DNA of 64,000 bases from contig QPGO01000026.1 of assembly GCA_008632985.1 (NCBI GenBank), positions 620,001 through 684,000 of the forward strand, written 5' to 3'. This DNA comes from Psammoneis japonica (Eukaryota). Below are positions 47,641 to 58,836 of the stretch, in pieces (within the stretch, counting starts at the first letter, position 1; every line of letters begins with the position of its first letter). The position numbers were made by a program, and so were the translations under genes. Under the pieces are notes generated by a model. The model was not told the DNA's origin. It ran no database searches and saw only the letters and a list, made by a program, of their open reading frames with translations.

Positions 47641-48489
47641 TCACGCCAATTGAAAATCAACTTCCAACCCTGGCCATTTCTTCACAAACAAGCGCTCTGA
47701 TTTGCAGGCTTGCTCGTCCCACATTCTTGCCTTGCATCGAGCCAACCGCACAGACTCTAGCCAGTCATTCAATTCTAGCAGGTTCTCGTCCAGACGATCC
47801 TCAATCTCCAAATCAAATGGGTGCTTTTCGGCGCACAATGGTTTGTCGGGACCCAACTCATGCTCACGACTGACCTTTGACTTTGCTTCAAGCAACCAAA
47901 ACCATGATGACCCGCGTTCCAATTCTCGCAGTTGTTTTTCTAACTTTTTCTTTTCGAGTCGACCAAACCCTTCAAACTTTGTGCCATGTTCAACTCGGCA
48001 TTTATGATGTGCTTTCCCGCATTGTTCTCTCACATGCTCTTGCACATCGTCATTGGTTGGAAAGCGACTCTTGCAACCTGCAATGGGACATTCAAACTCA
48101 TGCTCCTCCTCACCCATTCTCCGCAACTCTGCAAGCGCTCGTGCATTGCCGCACTCCGAGCCATGCGCCTCGTCCAGGAGTTCAGCCCGCCTGCGTTTTC
48201 TCCACTCTGCTTCCTGTTTCTCCTGACACTTTGGATCCTTGAGATCTTCTTGTCTTGTTCGCTTCTTTTGTTCCAATTCTCTCTTTTTCTCAGGGAAACG
48301 TTCCCAGCACCAATCGCCAGACCACAGGCCCTCCTCAATCTCACAAAAGCCATTGGATCGACACCACTCTATGCTCTTGCCTTCTGTGCCACCATTCGGT
48401 CGGTGAAACGTAATGTCCTCCTCTTCTTCTTCACTGTCTTCATACCATGGATCATCCCAGTCGCGGCATCCTTGTCGCCAATGCGCCAT
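47641..48489 (-). CDS. C2H2 zinc-finger-like protein, partly TpA-eroded (gene or young pseudogene)
   Basis: FECPIAGCKSRFPTNDDVQEH; acidic N-terminus, basic coiled segments; one Tyr after ATG 48489. Confidence 0.5.
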   Translation of the reverse strand: MAHWRQGCRDWDDPWYEDSEEEEEDITFHRPNGGTEGKSIEWCRSNGFCEIEEGLWSGDWCWERFPEKKRELEQKKRTRQEDLKDPKCQEKQEAEWRKRRRAELLDEAHGSECGNARALAELRRMGEEEHEFECPIAGCKSRFPTNDDVQEHVREQCGKAHHKCRVEHGTKFEGFGRLEKKKLEKQLRELERGSSWFWLLEAKSKVSREHELGPDKPLCAEKHPFDLEIEDRLDENLLELNDWLESVRLARCKARMWDEQACKSERLFVKKWPGLEVDFQLA

Positions 48490-48796
48490 GGCCGTTTTCC
48501 TTTCGCCCATTTCGCTGCAATGATGATGTTGAGCATCATGCATCATGCATGCATGGCCTGCGGCAGGTGCTGTACGGCATGCATGCACATTATCCCGGGA
48601 ATACAACCCATGTTGTATTCCGCAGTATTTCTCCGTTGAATTCTACACATTGTGCTGACCGTTGCCCCACTTCAGCGACCGCATCTTCCGTGTTCTTGTG
48701 GAGGAAGCACGGGAATTTTTCCCGCATCGAAACAACCGGGTTGTTGCATGGTACGTCGCGTTTTTGATAGATTTATGCAACAACACAACCGAGACC

Positions 48797-49110
48797 ATGC
48801 CGTCTAAAAAGTATTACAAGCCAACCTTGACAGCACTCACGTCATTTCTTGGCGGGGTGACTTGTCAATGTGAACAAGACTTCACCAACCAGAGGCCATT
48901 CAAACAACCCCCAACGATGTCGTGGTGGATGGGTCTAAAGGCGTATGGAACGCCCGAACCAGGCGACAACAGCTTGCCCATGCAAGCAAGGTCAAATTGG
49001 TTGGAACACTGGAGGAAGCCGATTTCCAGCTGCATGTCAAACCGGTTGGTGCCGTGGAATGTTCTGTCAAATCAAGGCAACCCGACACGATCAACTGACG
49101 TAAAAAACCC
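48797..49110 (+). mobile_element. Fragment of a stramenopile TE-type protein (possibly Crypton-like N-terminus)
   Basis: KAYGTPEP...RSNWLEHWRKPISSCMSNR..PWN....GNPTRS resembles a 'KKAIS.FMP...W...GNPTRS' motif I recall from oomycete/diatom TE proteins; unverified. Confidence 0.4.
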
Positions 49111-50641
49111 CGTGCCATGTTTAACATTCATGTTTAATATTCTTGTTACATGTAGTGCGTGTCTAGGGCTTCATTCTTCCTTGTTCAATCCACAACATCG
49201 CTGGAGCGCCCCTTCCAATTGAAGCATCATTTCTGTGCGCACGGCATCCAATAAATCCATCTGCACAGAATGGAATTTTGCACAACAAAACCAAGCCTCT
49301 TGGATTCCTTGTACAATTTCCATTAATAATGAAACAAGAATCGCGAAAATCGGCCCAAGGGATGTTGAGATATCACCGCCGCCAACTCTTTACCATAAAT
49401 TCCAGTGGCAGCTCAATTTTGATTATTCAACGATAAGTTCCCGAAGAGAAAGTCAGCACCATAAAAACCCAAGCCCCGTGGACACCTTATAGCACATACG
49501 TCAAAATAATGACAAGAAAGGAGAAACAACACCAAAGACACAATAGTATATCACAAAAATCCGTCATGTTGATGCTGCATTCTCACAATTTCTGCACTGC
49601 ACCTTCAGCGACAAATCCGCCTCGACGGATTGAACTCAACGCCATCACCACTAGCCCATCATATTACTTGTATAAAAGCTCCGAATGCTGCGAAAAGAAA
49701 CGGGAAAATACGGCAAAAATAGATATAGATATCAGCGACGCAAGGGAGGCCATTGTCGCGATCGTTTTCTTTTTTGGTTGTCTTCGCAGCTGCGCGTCTT
49801 GGAGGGTGCTGCAGGTTGATGTAGCGGAAGTCGGTGTCTGTGCTTTCCTGGTGACCCTGTAGAAGAAGTACTAGACCCTACGCAGTTGTACCCAGGGTTG
49901 TATTCTTTCCGTCTACCTCCACAGTACATTGAGGTCAGTACGGAAAGATACCGGAAAGATACTGGAGCTCGTAGCTCGCATGACTTTTCAGTGCACTGTA
50001 CTTCAACTCTAACTTCCGAGCCGCGAGCCACATTGAACATCGCAATGAGCAACTACCGTAGCAAGAAACAAGAAACCAATCGTGTCCAACTGCGTTTACC
50101 CTTCCAAAAGCTGTCCCACAGTCCTCTTGTTGCTTTTATCAGCTGATGGGATATGTTTTCGTTGTCACGTCTGGATGCATTCCTAACTCTCTACCGTGAT
50201 TCCTCAAAATGGAATGACATTCATTTGCCTCCCCGAAAAATGAGATTAAATTTCATAAACGAATGTGCGCCTTTTAGCACTTGTAAAGGATGCTTTCAGA
50301 TGATTGCTTTCGAGACCAAAATTTCCACTACCTTGGTATTCCTTAAAATAATGATTATTAGTGACGGGAACAAGACTTTCTGCAATCTTCTGGTAAGAAC
50401 GCCGATACGCTGTAACGCCATCTCCCGCGGACCCGACTTGGCGGCGATACTGCGGTAGATACTACCAAAGTCAATCTAGTGTCCATAGCAATGATAAAAG
50501 GGAAAAGGTTCGTGTCTCAATGTATCCGTTAATATGAAGTTATTAATTGATCTTGGTCACCTGTAATGTATTGGATTGGATAGGTGCGTCGCCTTTTAGT
50601 CAACCATTCTGCTCACGTTGGGCAGATCCGCAAGAACTTGT

Positions 50642-51259
50642 TCAATCATTATCCTCCTCCGACTCCAACAGCTCTTGGAAAATTTGACGTTGGCTTGAAA
50701 ACAAACTCTCGAGTTTTTCTTGATCAATTTGAGTAATGGTCCTCTTTCTTTTCTTACAGGCACCTTGTTGCAGCGATGGACGAGCGGGCTTTGGAGCCCG
50801 CAGTGCATGACTCACTTTTTCTCTAGCCACTTTATCGCTGGCTTCAATGTACATTCCTGATGCGTCATCTTTTTGAAGAAATCTCCCTCCTTTTGATTTT
50901 ACCCCATTTATAATTTCGTATGTGATGCTTGTCTTTTCTCGCTTGTTCGTCGCCTCGACGTAACGCTTTCGATTCTCATCGATAGCTTCGTGAAAGAAAT
51001 GATTTCGTTCATGAATTCGTTTGCCTTTTCCTAAAAATACATCGAAAGGCGATGAAGGTGGGAAGTCAATCTGAACGCTACTGGGAGCGTCCGGCAATTC
51101 GGCATTAGTAGTAGATTCTTTTGAAGAAAAGGTCAAGTCGTCAATAAAAGTGGATGCCAGCTCATTTTCTACCAAAGAGGATACACTGGCATCCGATGAA
51201 AGGAAAAACGCCATTTTGTCTTTAGTTTGCTGGTGCTGGCGAGTTGTGTTGTCATTCAT
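50642..51259 (-). CDS. DUF6824-type diatom protein
   Basis: FDVFLGKGK, REKTSIT, GGRFLQK, AREKVSHALR, LFSSQRQIF. Confidence 0.8.
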   Translation of the reverse strand: MNDNTTRQHQQTKDKMAFFLSSDASVSSLVENELASTFIDDLTFSSKESTTNAELPDAPSSVQIDFPPSSPFDVFLGKGKRIHERNHFFHEAIDENRKRYVEATNKREKTSITYEIINGVKSKGGRFLQKDDASGMYIEASDKVAREKVSHALRAPKPARPSLQQGACKKRKRTITQIDQEKLESLFSSQRQIFQELLESEEDND

Positions 51260-52503
51260 TTTTTATAATATATGTGTGAGATGTGAGACGTGCTTGGCGA
51301 TGCCCGCCGATGCACGCATGAGAGACAAGCGGAAACACATGTGTTGGAAAAAATGCTGGGGCGCGCGACACTTTTTCGATCACGACCATCCAAAGGGCAA
51401 TTGTCGTCGATGAAATTAGCCATACAAAATACCAGAGTGTCTTTATGATAAATTAAGGGTTGTATATTTTGATCCCATCAACCGCAACTCGCGATTGCGG
51501 ATCCCACGCTCGATTCGCGGATCAACACGTGTAGAAGGTTGTCGAAGGTTGTTCTTTGTACAAAGGGTATCGCGTTTTTTTCTGTGAACATTTATGTTGA
51601 AGCACGTCTGGGTTTTTGACATGAAGCAAACGCGGGTGATTCCCTCCCAAGTTAGGGCCCTATGAGCTGACGCCTGACGATGCTGGCCGCCTTTTCAAAC
51701 TGTTTGCTCGAATTTCGCATTGCACTGAGGACTGAGGCATGTTCTCGTCGTACACTGGCTTTGGACGTTCAATAAAATGGGATTGGTGACTGCTGTACAC
51801 ACCCTATGAAATCTGAAATGATCAAATATGACAAAGCTATTTCCGGCAAACACCGTCAAGAAACCTTCAGCAAAGCATTCTGGCAGAATGGCCTTCCTGC
51901 TTCCTGCACCGCCCTCGCGATCGTCGCAACAGAAGACATCGTCTTGTTGCGTCCAGTTACAAACTGAGAGTCGAACATGACAAAAATCGCATCACCAATC
52001 AATCAGCGAAGAACATCATACTTTATGGCAAGTATCCTCTCTCTGCAACCACCGTACTGTACGGATCATTGCTGACACGATCAAAGAGAGCGCTGAAAAG
52101 AAAAAATCGGTGATGATAGACTTCAACTAAACTTTTCGAAAATATTCAATGATGTTAATCGTGAATATAGAATGCAATTGAGGACTTGAACTAAACTTTT
52201 CGAAAAAATTCAATGATCTCATCAGCATCTGAAGAGTTTCATACTTGTAGCTAGTAGAGTAACGCCTACAGTAAGTAGCCCTATCCATACTGGCCTGTAA
52301 GATTGTTGCTCGCGCAAGAAACACGAAACAATGCCATTATACAACCGGCCGCCGCTACTTGCATGCAACTCTTGGCGTTGAAAACGAATCCATACTGTAT
52401 TATTAAACGTGTATCAATTATTGCCACTGTTTTCATTCGATAAATAAGTCTCGTTGGTTCTTTGCGGGCGATAAAAGCGGTGTCTTACATTCGCACGTCA
52501 GCC

Positions 52504-54354
52504 ATGGTGGGTCGCTCCTCCTCAAGTCGGTTTTCGTGGCCTCCTGGCGGCACAGAGTACAAAGTGGAGCTCCAATATGAAGAGGACTACAGAATCTCCA
52601 TGGAATTGAAAGAGAAACATGGCGAGCTTGCAGCGGTTGTCAGAGGGGCTCTTTTGCCCAGACCGTCGCGCCATTTCTTTGAGTTTGCCGATGCCATATC
52701 AGCAGAAACCATAGACATGGCTCGTCTCTTTTGTGAGCAACACGGGATTGCCAATCGAGTCAGTCACCCATTATTGACTTCAAACAGCTGGTGTGTCTCG
52801 AGAGGGGGGTTTCTCGTTTTGGAAGAAGTCGAAGTGGAGCCGTCCCACCGAGGAAACGATCTAGGACTTCGACTGCTTCATGAGCTTTTTGTTTTGCTGA
52901 AAGATTCTTGGAGCCTGGCAGCGTTGCAACCCGGGACACTTAATTATGGACACTGGGAGAATTCTCTTTCAAGGGAAGATAGAGGAAACGGAGATTTGGA
53001 AACTGCCAAACACAAGATTGCTCGGCACTGGGCTCGGTTAGGGTTTGTGCAAGCGGGGAATCGACCCGAATTGTGGAACACATGGTTTCTAACGTCTTCC
53101 ATGTACTTTCAAGCCAACCGTCCACCCGCCTACGCAATATCACAATGGTTGAGCAAAGAGACAGTGGCAGCGATTAAACTTTACATGGAGCCAAAACGGA
53201 AACAGCCGCAAGGATTGGATTTGGAACTCCAGGATCTTGTAAAAGTGTGGTTGCGCAGTGGTTCATCCAGAAACGCAACGATTGAATCATCAGCAAGGTC
53301 CTCGATTGCACAAGGTTATTCCTCACAACTTCAAGATCTTGTACAGCGCGGGGCATCAATTGAAAAGTCCAAGGCCTTGTTTATTGCGGTGGCGACCGGT
53401 GGTTTTAGTTCTGAGGCTTTGAGCGTAGTTCATACCCTTGTTCGGTTGGGTGGCGATATCAACAAGGGTGATGAGATCGGTGACCGGCCAATCCATGTGG
53501 CTGCCGCATCGAAAAACCGTGACGCCATTAGGTATCTCATTTCTGTGGGTGCGGATACAATGGCAACCAATCGCTATGGTGACATGCCGCTCCAGCTAGT
53601 CGAGGATGCGAGACAATCACGGGATGACTCTGAAGCCGCCATGGGGATAGAGTCTCTCCCACCACGATATATGGATGTCATGCCAGAGTTTGAAATCATC
53701 TCGATGCTCATGCCACCGTCCATGCAAGAGTCATTGATTGACGGGTGGATGTCTCCGCGGATGCACCATGCATTGACTATCACTGCTGAAATTGAAAAGG
53801 ACTTTCAAAATTCAGATGAAGGCATTTTCTTCTATCCTGGTCGGCCTACCTCCATTTCCAAATGTGTGTTTGGAATGAGTCGACTTGCCTACATTCCCGC
53901 CGATGTTCTCCAGCAACATCCCGAAGGACTTTATAAGAGTTTTGTCGACACGTGGCTCCATCTATGGGAGGTTATGATGCGCATCTTACGCAGTGGCAGG
54001 GTACCGACCGTAGATCGCATTCGACAACAGTTGGAATGCTTCTATATAAGGTTTGATGAGCGCAAGGTACGACACTACTTTAGCAAAGGTGGCAAGATTG
54101 AATATGCTGTAGATGCCTTAATTGGCATCACCCGAAATGTCGTCATGGACGGTGACGACGGATGGGAGTATGAAGAATTCCGGGAGGAGATTGAGTCTCA
54201 CCCGGAGACTCCTATGGATAAGGATTTTGATCTAGTGTGGTTCAAGTGCATAACACAAGGTGGTGGTGACTTAAACTCTCGTGGGCCATACGACGAGACT
54301 CGGAGGCTAGGGCAAAGCTGCCTCTTCGACAATGACGATATGGCTGACTATTAG
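52504..54354 (+). CDS. Protein with N-terminal GNAT-like segment and ankyrin repeats
   Basis: LEEVEVEPSHRGNDLG...HWARLGF (GNAT motif A/B-like); DINKGDEIGDRPIHVAA...LISVGAD...NRYGDMPL (ankyrin). Confidence 0.7.
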   Translation: MVGRSSSSRFSWPPGGTEYKVELQYEEDYRISMELKEKHGELAAVVRGALLPRPSRHFFEFADAISAETIDMARLFCEQHGIANRVSHPLLTSNSWCVSRGGFLVLEEVEVEPSHRGNDLGLRLLHELFVLLKDSWSLAALQPGTLNYGHWENSLSREDRGNGDLETAKHKIARHWARLGFVQAGNRPELWNTWFLTSSMYFQANRPPAYAISQWLSKETVAAIKLYMEPKRKQPQGLDLELQDLVKVWLRSGSSRNATIESSARSSIAQGYSSQLQDLVQRGASIEKSKALFIAVATGGFSSEALSVVHTLVRLGGDINKGDEIGDRPIHVAAASKNRDAIRYLISVGADTMATNRYGDMPLQLVEDARQSRDDSEAAMGIESLPPRYMDVMPEFEIISMLMPPSMQESLIDGWMSPRMHHALTITAEIEKDFQNSDEGIFFYPGRPTSISKCVFGMSRLAYIPADVLQQHPEGLYKSFVDTWLHLWEVMMRILRSGRVPTVDRIRQQLECFYIRFDERKVRHYFSKGGKIEYAVDALIGITRNVVMDGDDGWEYEEFREEIESHPETPMDKDFDLVWFKCITQGGGDLNSRGPYDETRRLGQSCLFDNDDMADY

Positions 54355-54836
54355 TCAGAGTCAAATAGATAATTGGTATTAACTTATTTTGCGATGGAAT
54401 TAAGGAGAGCCAAACGCCGCCTCTAGAAACCAGGCGAAGGAACTCGACATGGCTCGTAACGCCAGGACGCACCGGTGCAGCCTTCGACTTGGATTGGTAA
54501 CTACTGTTGTCTTGTGATTCTTTCTCGTTTGAGGCCAACGGAAACTACTGGCCGAACTGTTTGTTTCGATGCTTCGGACCCTCTCGGACTACTCTCGAGA
54601 ACAACTAGAATCTCGTTTCCTTTGCAAGCAGCCTCACACGATGAAATCTACCACGACAACGAAAGAGGCGCGGGCGAGTATATTCGATTTTCTATTTGTC
54701 TTTGTGGAATTTTCACTGAAAGAGACTGTTTACACAACATATGCAGTTTGACACACTAATTGGAAACAAAATTCTTACAATCAAGAATTGCAGTGCATAG
54801 TGCACGACTATATCAAACCAGCTATCTCCGGTCCCA

Positions 54837-55844
54837 CTACTTGTAGTCAACGTCCTTCTCTTGATCTTCATCGTCAAGAATGACGATACTATCTTGGGGA
54901 ATGATCACGACGTGTTCCTCTTCATCTTCTGTTGGAGCACTTGCGGGTACAGAAGATGGAATCGAGTCCTCGGGATGGATCGCATCCGCGCCATTATGAT
55001 GTTCAGTAATGCAACACTCCCGAACCATCACCACGTTCACAGTATCCTCAACCTCTTCCTCATTGGCCATCATGGCTGCTGGACAACAGTTTGACCTTGG
55101 AGGATTCTTCCATTCCTGAAAGGGCATTCGAAAGGCCCAACGAGTGTAGTGAGCCAAACGTCGCGTGTGTTGGTGCCACGCTTGACCCACGCCACAATCC
55201 AACGAAAAGAGGGCACAAATCATGGCATTGATTACGGCCAAGAGTTCAACAAGCAAGACATTGACCCAGAGCAAAAGGATGTCTGTCCATAAAAACACTT
55301 GAAGCATAATCCAAAAAACGGATAGAGGAAGAAAGGTCAGAACGTTGAGCTTGCAGCAGTGACAAATCTTGTGGAAACCAACCGCCATGAGATAGAGCGG
55401 AGCAGAGATTGTCTCGAGTATGAATGCGCACAGGACGGCAATGAGAGCAATGGTAAAACCAAAGACACAAGCAAACAAACCACCGTGTTTTCTTTTTGGA
55501 GTCTCGGTTGGAGCGGCCGTGTTTGATGCTTGTTCCGCTTCAGACGACTCTCCGTTATTATTAGCCACGGGTACACCCGTTACGTGGTGCGTCGTAGTAG
55601 CTCTTCCTTCTTCATAGACAGTTTTCCACGGGTTGTCTGGAGTAAAGAAACGAGGATCAATAGTAACATGGGCGTTTTCAGGATGGAGTGTAGCGATCCA
55701 GGATACATAAGATGAGTTTGGATTCAACGCCAAATGTGCATCGAGATGACTGCGGATCATACGGGTACTTTCCTGCCGAGACGCAGCAGCAGTCGCTTCT
55801 GCATCTTCGTCGCTTGCGGAAGAAGCATTTTCCTTATTCCTCAT
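54837..55844 (-). CDS. Multi-pass membrane protein of unknown function
   Basis: ATG 55844; SYVSWIATLHPENA segment; 2-4 hydrophobic helices; acidic tail. Confidence 0.7.
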   Translation of the reverse strand: MRNKENASSASDEDAEATAAASRQESTRMIRSHLDAHLALNPNSSYVSWIATLHPENAHVTIDPRFFTPDNPWKTVYEEGRATTTHHVTGVPVANNNGESSEAEQASNTAAPTETPKRKHGGLFACVFGFTIALIAVLCAFILETISAPLYLMAVGFHKICHCCKLNVLTFLPLSVFWIMLQVFLWTDILLLWVNVLLVELLAVINAMICALFSLDCGVGQAWHQHTRRLAHYTRWAFRMPFQEWKNPPRSNCCPAAMMANEEEVEDTVNVVMVRECCITEHHNGADAIHPEDSIPSSVPASAPTEDEEEHVVIIPQDSIVILDDEDQEKDVDYK

Positions 55845-56686
55845 TGACACAAACCACAGTAGAAGGAAACAAAAGATGGTCTTGAAGTGTTTGTGAACTG
55901 CCAAGATGTGAATGATGATGTGAAGAAAAAAATGAGGCAATCTCGCCTTCGCACGACTCAACTATCACAAGTGGGTCCTTGTTCTGCGGTCTCAAGTCAC
56001 AGAAAAAAAATAGAGCAACCCAACCAACCAACGAAATCCCAAAAAAGTACCAACATGAAATGAAAATCTCCTGCATCTGCAACATTAGAACCCGATTCTT
56101 ATTTACACAATGCAAACGCAGCGGATTGTAAGGATGTGTGGGTCGTAGAGCCTACAATGTCGACGTCAAGAACCTGGTCGAGTGGCTTGAACCGCAATCC
56201 GCGCCTTCTTTTCGCGCGCAAATGCTTCGCTCGCTCCGATTCCCGCGCAAAAGTCTGTCGTCGCGCGTCAAAGATCTTTCAATCTCCCGCCCCTGCTTCC
56301 GAGGAGCGACCAGTTGGGAGTGAGAGCGACGTGCGACCCACGACCCACCCACACTCTGGGGGACGTCTTCGGAAGTGAGACTGTCGAAGAAAGTTACGTA
56401 GAATTTGTACTAAAACAGTCTGTCAATCAGTGCGATTGGGTATTTGGGACCTCTGGACAGATCCTACGTGTTTTCTTGCGCGTACAAAATGTACTGGAAA
56501 AACCCCCAAACGCACTGGCGATCAGACCGCCATCGACGATCTCACTTCCAAAGACGCCCCCCAACTCCACACTACACATCAACGCAACGCTTCACAAGAA
56601 AAGGTTGCAGCGTGTGCTAAATTGATTGTGTTTGTTGCCTTCTTATATTCTTGAAACCAATTGTATTTATACATATTATTCACAAT

Positions 56687-58693
56687 ATGTCATCGTTGGC
56701 TACAATCAATGTTGACTGGTCTTCCGATACCGCCTTGATGACAACGTTGATTCCAAAGTCTTCGGCAACGGTTGCCGATTGGATTTTGGAAATCATAGAG
56801 CGAGGAGGTTTAGCAACGTGGTGGTATTTTCCCCATTTACCACAAGGAGACAAAATTGTTGATTTTTGGTGCAATTTTCGACAGGGAATACGAATGAACA
56901 TTATAATGGAACCACAACGACGTGAACAACAACAGCGCGTGGCTCATTATCGTTATTTTGTTCGAGCCTATCACAAAGTGGGAAGCCACGAAACGTTTTG
57001 GGATCCCTTTTGTTGTATAGCCGATTTGTTACCACCGGGTCAACAATATCATGTTTCGTTGTGGTTGGAGCCTGTCGAGTATTGGGTGTATGATTATGAA
57101 CGCAGAAACGACAATGATCCCATCAATTGCGATGATCCAACACCGCCTCTTTCCACAACCATGACGTTGGCATATGAACCACCAAGAAGAGGAGCTGTAG
57201 AGGGGTGGGTGGTTCAAGACGCAGCAGCAGATAACAATGAAGACAACAGTGATGCATCTGCAGCAGCATCGTCGTCCTCGAATTCATCTTCAGGCTCCTC
57301 GACGAGTCACATGGACACAGAAGAGGAATTGAACAATGCCTATCACAAGGAGGCATCGCCACCAACCGAAGAAGAAGCAGGAAAAGACAGTATCCTGCAG
57401 GCGGCCAAAGTGGCTAGCTTGGCTTCAACTGCCAACAAGGAACAGGCGACTACTACAGCTGCTGCTGCAATTGCCTCGGAAAAGATAGACACTGCAACGT
57501 CTTCCGCTCTGGCCAGTCCTGATGAAAAGGCGAATGAGGCTACCGCAAAGGCAAATGGGCCCGAGACAGCAGCTAATGGCAGCGGAACAGAAGAGACGGA
57601 ACCCACTGTGAAAGAGACAGAGGAAACAAAAGACGACACCAACGAAGAAGCTAATGAGGAATCAAGTGTTGTGAATGGCGCGATAAAAGGGATGGGGACA
57701 AGTGTTGAAGATAAAGAGGAAAACGCAAAAGAAGCAAAGAACGATTCAACTGCTAACAAAGAGGACGGACCTAGCAACCATGAGGAATCAAAAGCTAAAA
57801 CAGACATGGCCGACGAAAATGAAGACGAGGATGATTCGAGCTCAACTACAAGTAGTAGTAGCAGTAGTAGCAGCAGCAGCTCGAGTTCGTCATCATCTTC
57901 CTCTTCGAGTTCAAGCGAAAGTTCTTCTTCGTCATCCAAGCCAGACGAAGAACATGCTCCAGTACCAGTCACGCAAGAAGATCCGCCAGAGGAAATAGAG
58001 CCTGATTCGCCAGAACAGAAAACAAACGACGTGATCCCGGATTCACCAAACGACAAGAAGGAGCCTGGCAAAGACAAAGACAACGTGATCCCGGATTCAC
58101 CAAGCGACAAGAAGGAGCGTGACAAAGGAAAAGGTGACATTGATCCAGACCAAGACAGCGTAGTGGATCGTGTACCCGACAATGACGAGCAAAAGGGTGT
58201 CGTTTCACCAGAGGCACAGAAAGAAGAGGGATCCAAGAAGGAGGAAGAGGATTTGTCGAGTACGAGCTCATCATCGTCTTCTTCTAGTAGCTCCGCCTCC
58301 TCGTCGTCATCATCATCTTCTTCTTCTACATCATCATCATCATCCGATTCTAGTAGCACTAAAGAAAAGCAAGGAGAAGAGACACAATCTAAAACTACCA
58401 AATCAATGGAGCCAGAGGCACAAGCCAAAGAGGAGCAAGAAAAAGGGAAACAAACTACAGCCACCAGCAAAAAGGAGCAAGAGGTACAGATTGCCAAGCA
58501 AGAAGAAAAACAAACCGAGAAAGTAAACGAAGAGAACCATGATGCCTTGAAACCGGAGAATGGGACTTCCAATGACACGAGCTCGCAGCAAGAGACTCCT
58601 GCAGCGGCGAGTCCAACTGCCGGCGTGAGGCGTTCCTCTCGTCGCAGGAAACCATTGTTGGATCCAAATTTCAAGTTTGGAAAGAAAATGTAA
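56687..58693 (+). CDS. Protein with aromatic-rich N-terminal domain and long acidic/poly-Ser disordered region, basic C-terminus
   Basis: Uninterrupted ORF; poly-Ser tracts, VIPDSP repeats, RRSSRRRK at C-terminus. Confidence 0.75.
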   Translation: MSSLATINVDWSSDTALMTTLIPKSSATVADWILEIIERGGLATWWYFPHLPQGDKIVDFWCNFRQGIRMNIIMEPQRREQQQRVAHYRYFVRAYHKVGSHETFWDPFCCIADLLPPGQQYHVSLWLEPVEYWVYDYERRNDNDPINCDDPTPPLSTTMTLAYEPPRRGAVEGWVVQDAAADNNEDNSDASAAASSSSNSSSGSSTSHMDTEEELNNAYHKEASPPTEEEAGKDSILQAAKVASLASTANKEQATTTAAAAIASEKIDTATSSALASPDEKANEATAKANGPETAANGSGTEETEPTVKETEETKDDTNEEANEESSVVNGAIKGMGTSVEDKEENAKEAKNDSTANKEDGPSNHEESKAKTDMADENEDEDDSSSTTSSSSSSSSSSSSSSSSSSSSSSESSSSSSKPDEEHAPVPVTQEDPPEEIEPDSPEQKTNDVIPDSPNDKKEPGKDKDNVIPDSPSDKKERDKGKGDIDPDQDSVVDRVPDNDEQKGVVSPEAQKEEGSKKEEEDLSSTSSSSSSSSSSASSSSSSSSSSTSSSSSDSSSTKEKQGEETQSKTTKSMEPEAQAKEEQEKGKQTTATSKKEQEVQIAKQEEKQTEKVNEENHDALKPENGTSNDTSSQQETPAAASPTAGVRRSSRRRKPLLDPNFKFGKKM

Positions 58694-58813
58694 TTTATTT
58701 CATCAAAGAAGTTCTAGCTAGAGGAGGGATGACTTTCAATACGTTCTACTTTTATTTACACTTGTCACAATGAAGCGATTGGATTCTACAAGTACGCGAC
58801 GGCAAAACTGAAC

Positions 58814-58836
58814 GGGGGGGGGGGGGGGGGGGNNNN
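58814..58836. other. Poly-G run plus assembly gap
   Basis: G run followed by nnnn. Confidence 0.95.

Larger units (their letters stand above)
42050..48500. other. TpA-depleted domain III (CpG only partly lost; fades over ~47.2-48.6 kb)
   Basis: Few TA; holds decayed duplicates of flanking genes. Confidence 0.8.

Noticed and set aside
14270..48500. Depleted domains as horizontally acquired or viral DNA with foreign composition
   Set aside because: They contain converted copies of neighbouring host sequences, so the composition arose in place.
14270..48500. Classical RIP or plain 5mC deamination as the full explanation
   Set aside because: Both give C->T only and keep or raise TpA; here TpA is the most depleted dinucleotide.
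49730..50150. Possible protein kinase remnant on the minus strand (QLLEG...VAHRD)
   Set aside because: Only short matches among stops and frameshifts; no DFG or APE.
52119..52217. 35-bp direct repeat upstream of the ankyrin gene (single in the 20427 copy) as a regulatory element
   Set aside because: Real repeat, but no evidence of function; a simple local duplication or deletion suffices.
57343..58674. 443-aa minus-strand ORF
   Set aside because: Antisense shadow of the low-complexity plus-strand gene.
58814..58836. Poly-G as a G-quadruplex or telomere-like feature
   Set aside because: Abuts an N gap; length unreliable.
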